Numbered from the stretch's first letter, positions 1-12,262 are shown. The stretch is DNA of 64,000 nt from Mobula hypostoma (GCF_963921235.1 NC_086118.1:23934001-23998000); one strand, 5' to 3'. Notes: a model not told the origin generated them from the sequence alone. Made by a program: numbers and translations.

Positions 1-291
1 AAGTGCTGCAGAAGATCTACAAATTCTCCTAAACAAGGTAGTACAAACAAGTGCAGATTTTGTTCTAACCATCAACTGTAAAAAAAACCAAATGTATGGT
101 AATATCAAATCAGCAGGATACTCCCAACTGCCAATTATATGTCGGTAACCAAGAGATTGAACAAAAGACCAGCTTTAATTACCTTGGTGGCTTTATATCA
201 CAAGATGCTAGAAGTAAAGTAGAAATAAAAAGAAGAATTGCCATTGCCAAAACCAACTTCCCAAAAATGAAACCCATTTTTACCAACAGAC
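1..291 (+). mobile_element. RTE-clade LINE, RT C-terminal region (left part, split by LTR insertion)
   Basis: Translates as IEQKTSFNYLGGFISQDARSKVEIKRRIAIAK...PIFTNR. Removing 292-2695 joins it in frame to HISMTTRLRLLKCY. Confidence 0.85.
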
Positions 292-754
292 TGTCATGGT
301 CTGGTCCGTGAAGTCCGTATTCCAGTTCACGGTCCGGTCTGTGGACTCAGGACTCCAGGTCTTCCTGCTGTCCCTCGTTTGTTTGAGTTAATCATAGGCA
401 CATGATTCCCATCTTTGGGCTTGGAATATAAGTAGCCTTGGGGGGTGAGTGTGGGCTGCTGGTTTGTCTTGTCAGTCCTCCTTGGAGCAACCTGCTGATG
501 GAAGGATAGTGAAATCATTTGTGATCTCTAGGCCTGGTTGGAGGACCACTGCTTCATGGAGCCTTGTTGCCACTCGTTGGAATAGTCTTTGCGGTATGGA
601 TTCGGCTGTTTCCCGGGCCAGCTGAGTGGCTGTCAGCCACTCTGAGCTAGGTGGGGATCCGGCTGTTTCTGTAGCCAGTGGAGGTTGCTGGCTGTAACGG
701 TGACTCTGAGCAACCCCAAAGCAGAGATGGAACTGCCTGTCATTCTTTGGTGTT

Positions 755-1010
755 TGTCTCTTGTCCTCGCCTCTGTGGGGTGAGTCAGGCTGTCTTGCCG
801 TTGCCCTGTGCGGGGATCTGTATTGTCTTGTCCTCACCTCTGTGGGGTAAGTCAGTCTGTCTTGCCATTGCCCTGTGGGGGGATCTGTATTGTCTTGTCC
901 TCACCTATGTGGGGTAAATCAGGCTGTTCTGCTGATGCCCTGTGGGGGGGACATGTCTTGTCTTGTCTTGTCTTTGTCTCTGTTGGGTAAGTCTGGCTGT
1001 TCTGCTGTTA
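755..1010. repeat. Degenerate ~67-bp tandem repeat, 3-4 copies
   Basis: TATTGTCTTGTCCTCACC recurs at 821 and 888, with diverged flanking copies. Confidence 0.75.
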
Positions 1011-1905
1011 CCCAACAGGTGGACCTGCCCCACCTTGGTGTGGAGAGGTTGAGTCCTGGCTTGTCTAAGTATAAATCCTGGATCTATGTCTATGTACTGT
1101 CCTGTCTCATGTTGGTGTCGTGTTAACGGTGAATCCCAGCTTATCGAAGGACAAGTGCCGGCTCTACGTTGATGTTCAGTTCTCAGTCAGTCTCTCAGCT
1201 CTAGCCTCCAAGTTATCAGCCTCCGCATTTCAAAACGAAGATCCTGCAGCCAAGCTCCAAGAACCCAAGCCTTGAAGATCCTGCAGCCAAGCTCCAAGAA
1301 CCCAAGCCTTGAAGATCCTGCAGCCAAGCTCCAAGAACCCAAGCCTTGAAGATCCTGCAGCCAAGCTCCAAGAACCCAAGCCTTGAAGATCCTGCAGCCA
1401 AGCTCCAAGAACCCAAGTCTTGAAGATCCCGCAGCCAAGCTCCAAGAACCCAAGCCTTGAAGATCCTGCAGCCAAGCTCCAAGAACCCAAGCCTTGAAGA
1501 TCCTGCAGCCAAGCTCCAAGAACCCAAGCCTGGCTGCAGGATCTTCAAGGCTTGGGTTCTTGGAGCTTGGCTGCAGGATCTTCAAGGCTTGGGTTCTTGG
1601 AGCTTGGCTGCAGGATCTTCAAGGCTTGGGTTCTTGGAGCTTGGCTGCAGGATCTTCGTTTTGAAATGCGGAGGCTGATAACTTGGAGGCTAGAGCTGAG
1701 AGACTGACTGAGAACTGAACATCAACGTAGAGCCGGCACTTGTCCTTCGATAAGCTGGGATTCACCGTTAACACGACACCAACATGAGACAGGACAGTAC
1801 ATAGACATAGATCCAGGATTTATACTTAGACAAGCCAGGACTCAACCTCTCCACACCAAGGTGGGGCAGGTCCACCTGTTGGGTAACAGCAGAACAGCCA
1901 GACTT
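989..1905. repeat. ~375-bp inverted duplication (arms ~989-1363 and 1531-1905)
   Basis: 1531-1905 is the reverse complement of ~989-1363. The same peptide SGCSAVTQQVDLPHL...MLVSC appears in the + ORF 875..1126 and the - ORF 1768..1974. Confidence 0.95.
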
Positions 1906-2053
1906 GAAGATCCTGCAGCCAAGCTCAAGGAACCCAAGCCTTGAAGATCCTGCAGCCAAGCTCAAGGATCCCAAGCCTTGAAGATCCTGCAGCCAAGCTC
2001 AAGGAACCCAAGCCTTGAAGATCCTGCAGCCAAGCTCAAGGAACCCAAGCCTT
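1237..2053. repeat. 37-bp tandem repeat interrupted by an inverted segment
   Basis: Unit GAAGATCCTGCAGCCAAGCTCCAAGAACCCAAGCCTT: ~8 forward copies (1237-1530), ~3.4 inverted copies (1531-1657), ~4 forward variant copies (1906-2053). Confidence 0.95.
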
Positions 2054-2690
2054 GTCTCAAGCCTCGCCTCGTGCCTCTGTCTAGTTCTATTGCCGGAGCT
2101 AGATAGGATCTGTCTGTCATTGTTTTGTACTGTCCAGTCTCATGCTAGAGTCCTGTTGAATATGAATCCTATGTCCTGTTCCCAAGGAGGGGACCCAGCT
2201 CTGTGTTCTGTGTATGTGTCCATGGTTCCTTGTACCTGCTCTCCTGAGAACGAGGCTCTGTGTTTCCATGTTCCTCCTCTCCCTAGCCCATGTCATGTCC
2301 TTGCGTGGTTCTGGGGTCCGAGCCCGAGGCAATACCCAGATAGTGGGTCCTTGCCCAGTCTCTGGCTTGGAGTCCATACCCAAGCCTCTTCATGTCTCCT
2401 CTAGATCCAGGGTCTGAGCCCAAGTCAAGACCCTGTTTCCGGGTCCTTGTCCAGTCTCTGGCTCGGAGTCCTGGCCCAGGCTCCTAGTTCCTAGTTCCTT
2501 GTCCGGTTTCCCTGTTCCTAGTCAAGTCCTAGCCCAGGCCCTGTATCCTTGTCTCATCCAGGGCCTGTGTCATGTCCAGTGTCCTTTCAGCCCCTCTCCC
2601 CTTGCTTCCTTGTCATGCCTAGTCCTGTTCCTAGTACGTCAGTGTGTGTGTCTTGCATTTGGATGCACTCCCAGCAACCACATTGCGACA

Positions 2691-3163
2691 CAGACACATT
2701 TCTATGACAACAAGGCTTAGGCTACTAAAATGTTACATCTGGTCAATCTTGCTGTATGCTTCCGAAACATGGACCATAACACCGGAACTCCAAAGAAACT
2801 TAGAAGCAACAGAAATGTGGTTTCTTAGAAGAATGCTGGAAATATCACATAGGGATAGGGTAACTAATGAGACAGTACTCCAACATGCCCATACAAAAAG
2901 ATCTTTAATGAGAACATTAAATGAGAGGAAACTTAAATTCCTGGGCCATGTCATCAGAAAGGGAGAAATAGAATGCCTAACATTACAAGGCCGGATGCCT
3001 GGGAAACGCAGAAGAGGAAGGCAAAGAAGAAAATATATGGACACTGTGAAAGAACTAACAGATCTAAGTGTGTGAGATATCATTGACACTGTGCGGGATC
3101 ATTCGATGTGTAAAGCCATAATCGGCGAAGCGCGTAACGCGCAAGGCACATGAAGAAGAAGAT
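2691..3163 (+). mobile_element. RTE-clade LINE, 3' end
   Basis: LLKCYIWSILLYASETWT...EMWFLRRML...FLGHVIRK...GKRRRGRQRRKY is a typical RTE C-terminus. Ends in a (GAA)n tail. Confidence 0.9.
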
Positions 3164-3849
3164 GTATCCTTAGACAACTCAGAGATTCTTCTTCTCCAGA
3201 TAGCCACAAAAAAGAATGGCATCTCAATCATCAACCTCCGAACCCCCTCCACTTGCACAAAAAAAGAAGGATTGGGCAAAAGCACAGAATATAAAAACCA
3301 TAAGTCTGGAAGAAGTCCACAGTCCATAAATGCAACCGTCCAATCCATAAATGCAGAACCACAATCACATCCTCCTTCATCATTGAAAGAGAGAGAGACA
3401 CCACTTGAAGCAAAGGCCTACCCTCTAGCCACAGCGAGCCACTCAGCAACAGGCCTCTCACAGATTCCTTCTCCAGCAGCGATCCAAAGGAAGGCATTTG
3501 GTGCTGAATTCTTGCTCCCCTTCGGCATTTGCCTTGATGTGTTAATCTTCTTTGACACTTCAGTTGGCAATCAATTGACTCTTTAATCAGTGAAATGGAG
3601 TCAAACATCAGCTTACACCCTGTCTCAATGTTTCTTCACATTGTGGCTGTCTGAGTACATGCTCACTTCCTAGAAAGTTCTCGGAGACAATGAAGCAGTG
3701 GATCACTCAGTCAATCTCCAAACTGAAAATCACAGGCTCTACCAGTTCCAGAAACACATTTTAGTTGAAAAACAGGGATAAAAGAAGTAAAATAGACATT
3801 TTGTGAGCTATCTGGAAGATGTCAACTGAGGGAGAATTGCAAGCTGGTA

Positions 3850-4070
3850 CCTTCTTGATCGGAAGTCAACATAGGCACGTGGATGGAAAGGATTTGAAGA
3901 GATATAGTCTAGATGTGGTATTGGGACTAGGCAGAAGATCAGCTCAGCATGGACTAGCCAGGCCAGGGGGCCTGTTTCTTTGCTGTAGTACTCCATGGCA
4001 CTATTATTGCAACCTAACTCAGACTTTGTGGGGTGAATAGCCTGTTCCTATGCTGTACTGTTCTATGTTC
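3850..4070 (+). mobile_element. CR1 LINE 3' fragments (degenerate)
   Basis: GCCTGTT...TGCTGTA...TTCTATGTTC resembles the CR1 3' end at 33240-33288. Confidence 0.6.
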
Positions 4071-5077
4071 TTTTATTTAACCTCATCACCTTGCTCTCTC
4101 CACGGAGTACTTGAGACAAAGAACACCATGATTTTTAATTGTTTAAAATACACAAAGATACGTTCCTCTATTTTAAACAATTATCAAACTTCCTTTTAAA
4201 AGTTATGTTGTTCTCAACTACACTTTCAGAATCATTTTTCTCAAATCTGGTGGCAGTTTCCTAAATTAAATATAAATAGCTGTTTTGTGGTTATTATTGT
4301 CACTGACAACGTCACCAGAGAAACTGGAGAAGTTATGAATATAAAAGCCGCTATTCATCACAACAAACAGACATTCTCTTGGAGACCCCTTGAAAGAGTC
4401 TCACAAATTCAAAAGTACATCACATTTTTACACCCTTCAGATCAAAGCTAACAGTAGGTGATTGAATACAATTTTGATAGTTACGTTGATATTGTTTACT
4501 TCAATAATTTGGGTAGACAATGCTTTCTTTATATTTGCATACCTACAGTGGTAGACATCTCTGAAAGTTCAAATACATTTGCTGGAACCAACTAATTCAC
4601 ACATATTCTAAAAATTTAGAGAACAGAAAGCCAGACCCCCAAGATTAGTGTTGTGAGAGCCGACTTTCGAGAATACAAAAACTATTGACAGATCAGCTAT
4701 TTGATGTGCTAAGTGGTTTGCAAGCTTCCTTGAACTTATTTACAATGTTGCAATTTACTTAAACCTATAGTTGCCTCAATTGATGTAAGCCAGTTAACAT
4801 AACTCCATTGTCTTAATGTTTGGCTGATACATATGCATAGTCACCATTTTGCAAACCATATTTCTTAGTCCATGGACCAATCCATGCTCCACTGATGTTA
4901 TTGTTTATTTGAAATTGCAATTCACCGCTTACAACTTACAATTTACATTAAGAACTGAAGACTGGCTCTTGCTTGAATTGATATCTGCTACATTCACCGA
5001 ATTCCAGAATGCTCGCTAACAATTATCTTAAAATCTATTGATTATGCCCAAAGTAAAGTTTTATTTGTTCAGGTAAT

Positions 5078-5620
5078 TTCTGTATTCAATAAAGTGCCCA
5101 CTGAGTGTATTTTTATGGTCTTCTGCTACTGTAATCCATCTACTTCAAAGTTCAAAGTGTTGTGTGTTCAGAAATTTTCTTCTGCACATCACTGTTGTAA
5201 CTCATGGTTATTTGAGTTAATGTTGACTTCCTGTCAGCTTGAACCAGTCTGGCCATTCTCCTCTGACCTCTCTCATTAACAAGGCATTTTTGCCCATCGA
5301 ACCTGCCGCTCACTGCATGACTTTTTTTTTGTTTTTCACATAACTCTCTGTAATTTTAGAGCCTGTTGAGTGTGAAAATCCAGGCGGTCAGCAGTTTCTC
5401 AGATATTCAAACCACCCCATCTGGCACCAACAAAAATTCCATGGTCAAAGTCACTTGTCACATTTCTTCTCCATTCTGATGATATTTCTGACCAAAACTG
5501 AGCCTCTTGACCATGACTACACAATTTCATGCATTGAGTTGCTGCCACGTGATTGGCTGATTAGATATTTAAATTAATGATCAGGTGTACAGGTATACCT
5601 AATGAAGTATCCACTGAGTG
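5078..5620 (-). mobile_element. Tc1-derived non-autonomous element (copy 1)
   Basis: AAAGTGCCCACTGAGTGTA / AAGTATCCACTGAGTG TIR-like motifs. Reverse-complement similarity to 61933-62504. Confidence 0.8.
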
Positions 5621-5914
5621 CATGTTCATTGCTTATCCCCTTGTCCACAGGATTGAATCACACCAAGTCAAAATGGCTGATGTAGAATCATCCATTCCCC
5701 AATTCATTTTTAAAATAATTAACTTTTAATAGCAATCTGGTATTTTTATAATCGTTATCCTGACTGATTTATTTTGATTTCATAACTGACTATGATGGGA
5801 TTTGAACTCGTGACCTTGAAGTTTCATTAATTTAACCATTATTCTACTTCGATAAGGAAGAATTAAATATGTAAATGTTCAACAAAACAATCTACTTTAG
5901 GACCATTTTTCTTA

Positions 5915-6430
5915 GATAAGAACTTCAGAAATAGGAGCAGGTCGGCCTTCTAGCTTTATCAAGCTTGCTTCTCCATTCAGTAAGACCATGACTGATCTGG
6001 CCAAGGACTCCACTCCATTCACCTACCTTTTCCCTATTACCCTTAATCCTCCTGCTATGCAAAAATCTATCTAACTGTGTCTTAAATATATTTAATGAGG
6101 TAGCCTCTACTGGACAGAGAATTTCTCTCTGGGAAAAGCAGTTTCTCTTCATTTCCATTCTAAATCTATTCTCCTTAGTCTAGTCCCCTGATGCTAGTCT
6201 CATATACCAGTGGAAGCAACTTTCCTGTCCCTATCTTATCTGTCCTTTCCATAATTTTATATCTTTCTATAAAATCCCCTCTGTCTTCTCTATTCCAGTC
6301 AGTATATTCCCAGGCTACTCCATCTCTTCTTGTAAGCTAACCTCCTCATCTCTGGGATCAACCTGGTGAAGCTCCTCGGCACTGCCTTCAGAGCCAGTAC
6401 ATCTTTCCTAAGGGAAGGACACCAGAACTA
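5915..6430 (-). mobile_element. CR1 LINE 3' fragment
   Basis: VEATSLNIFKTQLDRFL...GIKG-type C-terminus on the - strand, followed by a CR1 3' UTR. Confidence 0.85.
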
Positions 6431-8094
6431 TATACTTGAAACACAAATTTATATTGCAGCATTTGATGATGTCAGCAGCACAAGGAAATGTTCACATGGA
6501 GCCTTAATTCAGATTGGAAACATGATATAAATTTTGTTGAAAACAGAAACAGGGTGGCACTGGAATTTTGAATGAAAATGTTCTAACTTTTTGGTCACTG
6601 CTAACACCAGTTTAAATGCAAGGAGCCACATTGATTACATGAACGTATTCAGCGTTGTACTGGATTTCAGAAACTCAGTGACAGATGTTATAATTCAACG
6701 GTGCTTGCAAGCTCTCTCTTACTCTGATGGATCTCCACCGAATCTATTTGTTCGCCCTGTTGGATAATATTACTCTCAGTAGGTTTGTGCACTTTATACA
6801 AGCAGACCAGCAGAGCAGACCTATAAATTATATCCAGGGCAGCAATTCAACAGAGCAAACTACTGCATTGTTGTTAATCTTTTTCTTTCACTTTTCTGAA
6901 CAATGCCCAGGCCTCACTGGGAGTACAAACTCAATTCAACGGCAATTATCTATTGTTAGTTTCCATTAATACATCATAGAAAAACTCTTTGTTTCAGAGC
7001 CTGCTATCATGTCAGTAACGTGAAGCCATGATTTATGTGTGTATTGATCTGACATACTAACATTTAAGGCTTGACTGTAAAGAGCAATTACTAAACCATT
7101 AGGAACATGCAGCCAATATTTACTGAAGCTCCGTCTGATACTCTACTCTTAATGTCTCCTAAATGATTCCTCAAGTTAGCACCCGGGGGGTAATTGGGAA
7201 TTGTATCTTTTTGACTTCACTGACCTCTTTTTATTTTGACTACCTCATATTCATTAATATAGTTTGATACCTAGCCTGAAACAGGAACTTGGTGTGCAAA
7301 GCAAATTGTCCATTTTCACTTTCTTTTCCTCTTATTATGTGCTGGTGCCCTGTTTATGCAATGATGTAAGATTTTAAATAGAACCCTTTTCAAATATCTC
7401 TGTTTGAAGTCCTCTTTCAGCTGCATCGCCAGATTCTCTTGCCAATGCTGCAAGTTACAACATATTTTAAAACACATTTAAAGGGAAAAAAACTATATGT
7501 ATATAATTACATGTGATATTTTGATACAGGTTTAGTTGACATAGTGACAGAGTGAGAAACCTTTCATGTCTATGGCAGCTAGCAAACTCAATCAAGTAAT
7601 CTTTCAACACGGACCAGCCTAGATTTTTGTGTAAAGTATTTGCAGGGGTTATGTAGATTTTTATTCCTTTTACATCCAACATCAGTGTGTACATTTCCAG
7701 CACCATTCACTTTGGTTAATAATTAAGAGCAGTAATTCAAGTTTAAATTGAACGTCTTCTGTTTAATTATCTAAGGCTTTTGAAGCTTGCTCCAGTGGCC
7801 CATTGCCATCATCATGGCACAGTCAGTTCACTGAAACCAAAGAATACAATTTCAACCTGGGACTTGCTTGGCCCAATAACAACATAGCCTGAATCAACAC
7901 CGATTATCTCCAGCACTTCTCTGGTATGAAACAGCTGGATGGGAACACCTGCTAGTTCTCCTCTTATCTTTCTAATGCAGGAAAAGATTCACGTTTCTTC
8001 TCCTCCTGCTCCCACGCCAATATCATGATTGTGAAAGAGGCCAAATTATTAAGACCACAGGTAGAAATGGGGTGGAAAAACAGCAGGTGCTTCA

Positions 8095-8400
8095 AATACT
8101 AAAGGATATGCATTTAAGGTGAAAGAGGGAAAGTGAAACGGAGATATGTGGGGTATGTTTTTTGTTTACACAGAGAATGGTATGTGATTGGAATGGACTA
8201 CCTGGAGTAATGATGGAAGCAGGTTTGATCGTGGTATTTAAGAGGCTTTTGGATAGATGCATGAACATTTGGGGAATGAAGGGATATGAATCACGGGCCA
8301 GCAAAAGAGATCTAGTTAAATTTGGCATTGTGTCCAATCCAGACCTTGTGGGAGAGAGGGCCTGTTCCTGTGCTCTACTGTTCGACGTTCCATGTGTTCA
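8095..8400 (+). mobile_element. CR1 LINE 3' fragment
   Basis: FTQRMVCDWNGLPGVMMEAG...FKRLLDR motif. Confidence 0.8.
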
Positions 8401-8459
8401 CCATTACATGATAGCTAATGAAGATCTTGTCAACAGAATAATCTCAGTAAAGACTGAGT

Positions 8460-8553
8460 AACATACACAAAATGCTGGAGGAACTCAGCAGGCCAGGCAG
8501 CATCTATGGAAAATAGTAGAGTTGGCATTTCAGGCCGAAACCCTTCGGCAGGA
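8460..8553 (-). mobile_element. Short PLE pLTR remnant with degenerate hammerhead motif
   Basis: AATGCTGGAGGAACTCAGCAGGCCAGGCAGCATCT. The - strand reads CCTGCCGAAGGGTTTCGGCCTGAAA. Confidence 0.7.
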
Positions 8554-9461
8554 TTGTTTGTGAAAGTAAAGACTGATCTTTAATTGTTAGTGTTGCCAAT
8601 ATTGATTTAATTATGTCACATGGGAAGCTGATACATCTCTCAATTTTTTTAAGAGCAGAAAATACTTGCCTTTTCTCCCAAAATGGAAATATCATGAAAA
8701 CAAATGATATCAAAATCTGAAAAACTATTAAAAAAAAAACAAACATTTCAAAATCTCCATAAAATTGACCTGCTTTTTAATTGTTTTGACATTTCTAAGG
8801 AGGAACCTTATTCTCTCAGACAGAGATTCTCTCAGACTGCTTATTTTACAATAAAAATCTAAAATATATTTAAAAAAATCTGTTTCCTGTAGTCCTATAA
8901 CATTCTGTCCCAGGCTCCTGCACCACACTTAATAGGTCTGTGGGGAGTTGAAGAAGCTTCTTACTGTTGCGAATAGAATTAAATAATAGATTTAACTCCC
9001 TAACCTTTGTCAGGGACACAAGTTTTCAAGCAGACTGCCGTGATTGTTTAGTTATTGGCTAAACCCTTAATTTACTGGTCTGCTGACAGTTTATCCACTA
9101 TTTAGTCATAATTCAAATGAACTGATGCATTAATATATTGCAATCCTATCACCAACTGTTAGAATTGGTGAAAAGTGCCAAAAAGAAAATATCTATTCAC
9201 TGTATGTTTGTCTAACATTGTGTTAATCCAGTCCTTATCCTAGATTTATTGGGGAATTATTCAATGTCTCTTCTCTTTGGTTTCTCAACAATTATGTGCT
9301 CCTTATGTTCATTTCACCAATTTTAAATAACTTAGCAAATATGTCTACATTGTAGTGTATTTTTAATTTAGTTGTTTCAGCTAAGATTTAATGCAGACTT
9401 TTGGTTTAACTTTCATGTGGTACAGGGATTAACTGAAATAAATCAGAGGAATGTTATGTAG

Positions 9462-9783
9462 CAACACACATCAAAGTTGCTGGTGAACGCAGCAGGCCAG
9501 GCAGCATCTCTAGGAAGAGGTGCAGTAAACGTTTCAGGCCGAGACCCTTCATCAGGACTAACTGAAGGAAGAGTTAGTAAGAGATTTGAAAATGGGAGGG
9601 GGAGATCCAAAATGATAGGAGAAGACAGGAGGGGGAGGGATGGAGCCAAGAGCTGGACAGGTGATAGGCAAAAGGGGTTACGAGAGGATCATGGGACAGG
9701 AGGTCCGGGAAGAAAGACAAGGGGGGGGGGGACCCAGAGGATGGGCAAGGGGTATATTCAGAGGGACAGAGGGAGAAAAAGGA
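9462..9783 (-). mobile_element. Penelope-like element pLTR fragment
   Basis: 13-bp TSD GAATGTTATGTAG at 9449-9461 and 9784-9796. Close reverse-complement match to 23700-24035. Confidence 0.85.
9524..9559 (-). ncRNA. Minimal hammerhead ribozyme motif (PLE type)
   Basis: - strand AGTC-CTGATGA-AGGGTCTCGGCCT-GAAAC-GTT-TACT. Confidence 0.7.
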
Positions 9784-9984
9784 GAATGTTATGTAGATTC
9801 TTTTACAGAGACAAGGTATTTGGAAAGTTAAAGAAAATTCTAAATATTGGCTTTTGATACTGTTTTATGTTACTAAAATGGAATATCAGAAATATTTCAC
9901 TTTTATTCATTTATTTATTGTGATACAGTGCGGAATAGAGCCTTCCAGCCCTTCGAGCCGCACCGCCCAGTAAACTCCAGATAC

Positions 9985-10161
9985 GTGCGGGTGCACCATC
10001 ATTATGAGTGGGTACACCGTCATTGAGTGGGTGTACTGGCATTGTGAATAGGTGTACTGGCATTGTGTGTGGGTAGACTGTCATTGTGTGTATGTATGTG
10101 TGTGCACTGGCATTGTGAGTGGGTGTACCGTCCATTGTGTGTGGGTGTACCGTCACTGTGG

Positions 10162-10192
<31 letters not shown>

Positions 10193-10960
10193 TACCGTGA
10201 CTGTGAGTGGGTGTACTGTCACTGTGAGTGGGTGTACCATCACTGTGAGTGGGTGTACTGTCACTGTGAGTGGGTGTACTGTCATTGTGTGTGGGTGTAC
10301 CAACACTGTGAGTGGGTGTACCGTCACTGTGGGTGTGTGTGTGTGTGTGTGTGTGTGGGTGTACCGTGACTGTGAGTGGGTGTACTGTCACTGTGAGTGG
10401 GTGTACCGTCACTGTGAGTGGGTGTGCCGTCACTGTGAGTGGGTGTACCGTCACTGTGAGTGGGTGTGCTGTCATTGTGAGTGGGTGTGCTGTCATTGTG
10501 AGTGGGTGTACTGTCACTGTGAGTGGGTGTACTGTCACTGTGAGTGGGTGTGCAATCATTGTGAGTGGGTGTGCTGTCACTGTGAGTGGGTGTACCGTCA
10601 CTGTGAGTGGGTATGCCGTCATTGTGAGTGGGTGTGCTGTCATTGTGAGTGGGTGTGCCGTCACTGTGAGTGGGTGTACTGTCACTGTGAGTGGGTGTGC
10701 TGTCATTGTGTGTGGGTGTACTATCATTGTGAGTGGGTGTGCTGTCACTGTGAGTGGGTGTACTGTCATTGTGAGTGGGTGTGCCGTCACTGTGAGTGGG
10801 TGTACCGTCACTGTGAGTGGGTGTACTGTCACTGTGAGTGGGTGTGCTGTCATTGTGAGTGGGTGTACTGTCACTGTGAGTGGGTGTGCTGTCACTGTGA
10901 GTGGGTGTGCTGTCATTGTGTGTGGGTGTACTCTCATTGTGTGCAGATGTACTGTCATTT
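9985..10960. repeat. 21-bp GT-rich minisatellite with embedded (GT)n tracts
   Basis: Unit ~GTGGGTGTACTGTCACTGTGA. Gives 7-aa periodicity in all ORFs that cross it. Confidence 0.97.
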
Positions 10961-10964
10961 TTAA

Positions 10965-11237
10965 TGTATTTGTATATTTTTATTTAGTGTGGAGTAGGCC
11001 ATTCTGGCCCTTTGACTACGCTGCCCATCATCTCCCAAGCCTACCATTGGACAATTCACAATGAACAATTAGCCTCCCAACCAATCTGAGTTTGGAATGT
11101 GGGAGGAATCCGGAGCACTCGCAAAAAGTTCACGTGGTCATGGGGTGAACGTACAAACTCCTTACAGGCAGTGGCATGATTTGAACCTGGGTGGCCTGTA
11201 CTGTGAAGCGTTGTGCTAACCACTATACTACCATGCT
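10965..11237 (-). mobile_element. HE1-like V-SINE (a partial tail of another copy lies at ~9908-9975)
   Basis: - strand: tRNA-like head (GTAGTATAGTGGTTAGC, GGTTCAAATC), V-domain GAGTTTGTACGTTC...GCTCCGGATTCCTCCCACA, CR1-like tail. Confidence 0.8.
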
Positions 11238-11336
11238 ACTCCTTCCATTAATGGACTTTAAAGTTCTTATAAATCAAGAGGATGCTGAGAGAGGAGAATA
11301 TGCCACAGCTGGAGAGGGTGAGAAGTGGTGAAGAGA

Positions 11337-12262
11337 TGACCGCTAGGCTGATTCAGTGTGCTGCGTGCATGATGTGGGAGGTCAGGGACACTGCTAGTGC
11401 CTCTGGCTCCTACACCTGTGGAAAATGTGTCCAGATTCAGCTTCTGAAGGACCGTGTTGCAGCACTAGAGAGGAAACTGGATGACCTTAGGTTCATCCGG
11501 GAAAACCAGAGTTTTCTGGACAGGACCTACAGTGAGGTCGTTACACCAAGGATACTGGAAGAGAGAAGGGGGACGACAATGAGCAAGGAAAGAATGCTTG
11601 AAGTACAGGAGACCCCAGGAGATGTGCCTCTCTTAATCAGGTTCATCCTCTTGGAAGCTGTCGGGGCAGAAGATGATGCCAGCCTGAGAGGCGGTCAGGT
11701 CTGCGAGTCAACAATTGGCACTGAAGCAAAGCCGAGGAGACAGACGTCAGGCAGAGCCGTGGTAGTAGGGGACTCCATAGTGAGAGGTACAGAAAGGGGT
11801 TTCAGTGGCAACAGGCGAGATTTAAGGGTGGTGTGTTGCCTCCCTGGTGTCGGGATCCAGGATGTCATGGACCGATTGCAGGGAATCCTCAAGAGTGAAG
11901 GTGAACATCCGGAAGTGGTGGTGCATGGCGGCACAAATGACATGGGGAAGAAGAGGAAAGACATTCTACAGCGTGACTTCAGAGAACTCGGAAGAAGTCT
12001 GAAAAGCAGGACTTCCAGGGTGGTTTTCTCCGGTTTGCTTCCAGTTCCTCGTGCTGGAGTGGGCAAGAACAGGGAGATAATGGATCTGAATGTGTGGCTG
12101 AGGAACTGGTGCAGGAAGCAAGGATTTACATTCTTGGACCATTGGGGTATGTTTCGGGGTAAGGATGAATTGTACAAAAGGGACGGGTTGCACCTTAATA
12201 AGCGGGGCACCAGCATTCTGGCAGGCAGGTTTGCCTCTGCAACACGGGTGTGTTTAAACTAA
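11337..12262 (+). CDS. CR1 ORF1 protein: Cys4 zinc finger, coiled coil, SGNH/GDSL esterase domain
   Basis: Open frame (ORF track 11282..12262) with CAAC...CGKC, heptad LKDRVAALERKLDDL, VVVGDSIVRG, HGGTND, DGLHLN. Confidence 0.88.

Larger units (their letters stand above)
292..2690 (+). mobile_element. Solo-LTR-like element (Gypsy-type termini) expanded by internal tandem and inverted repeats
   Basis: Termini TGTC...GACA. Perfect 5-bp TSD CAGAC at 287-291 and 2691-2695. TATA-like AATATAAG near 425. No recognisable coding domain. Confidence 0.8.

Noticed and set aside
1187..1974. Periodic ORFs on both strands
   Set aside because: They are translations of the 37-bp array and its inversion.
1237..2053. 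CRISPR-like array of 37-bp repeats
   Set aside because: The units are head-to-tail with no unique spacers, there are no cas genes, and the context is vertebrate.
3231..3608. Overlapping 104-125 aa ORFs
   Set aside because: No recognisable domain or splice structure. Possibly a decayed retroelement UTR, but I cannot support that.
9911..11064. Long Cys/His/Thr-rich ORFs (250-312 aa)
   Set aside because: They result from a stop-free 21-bp minisatellite.
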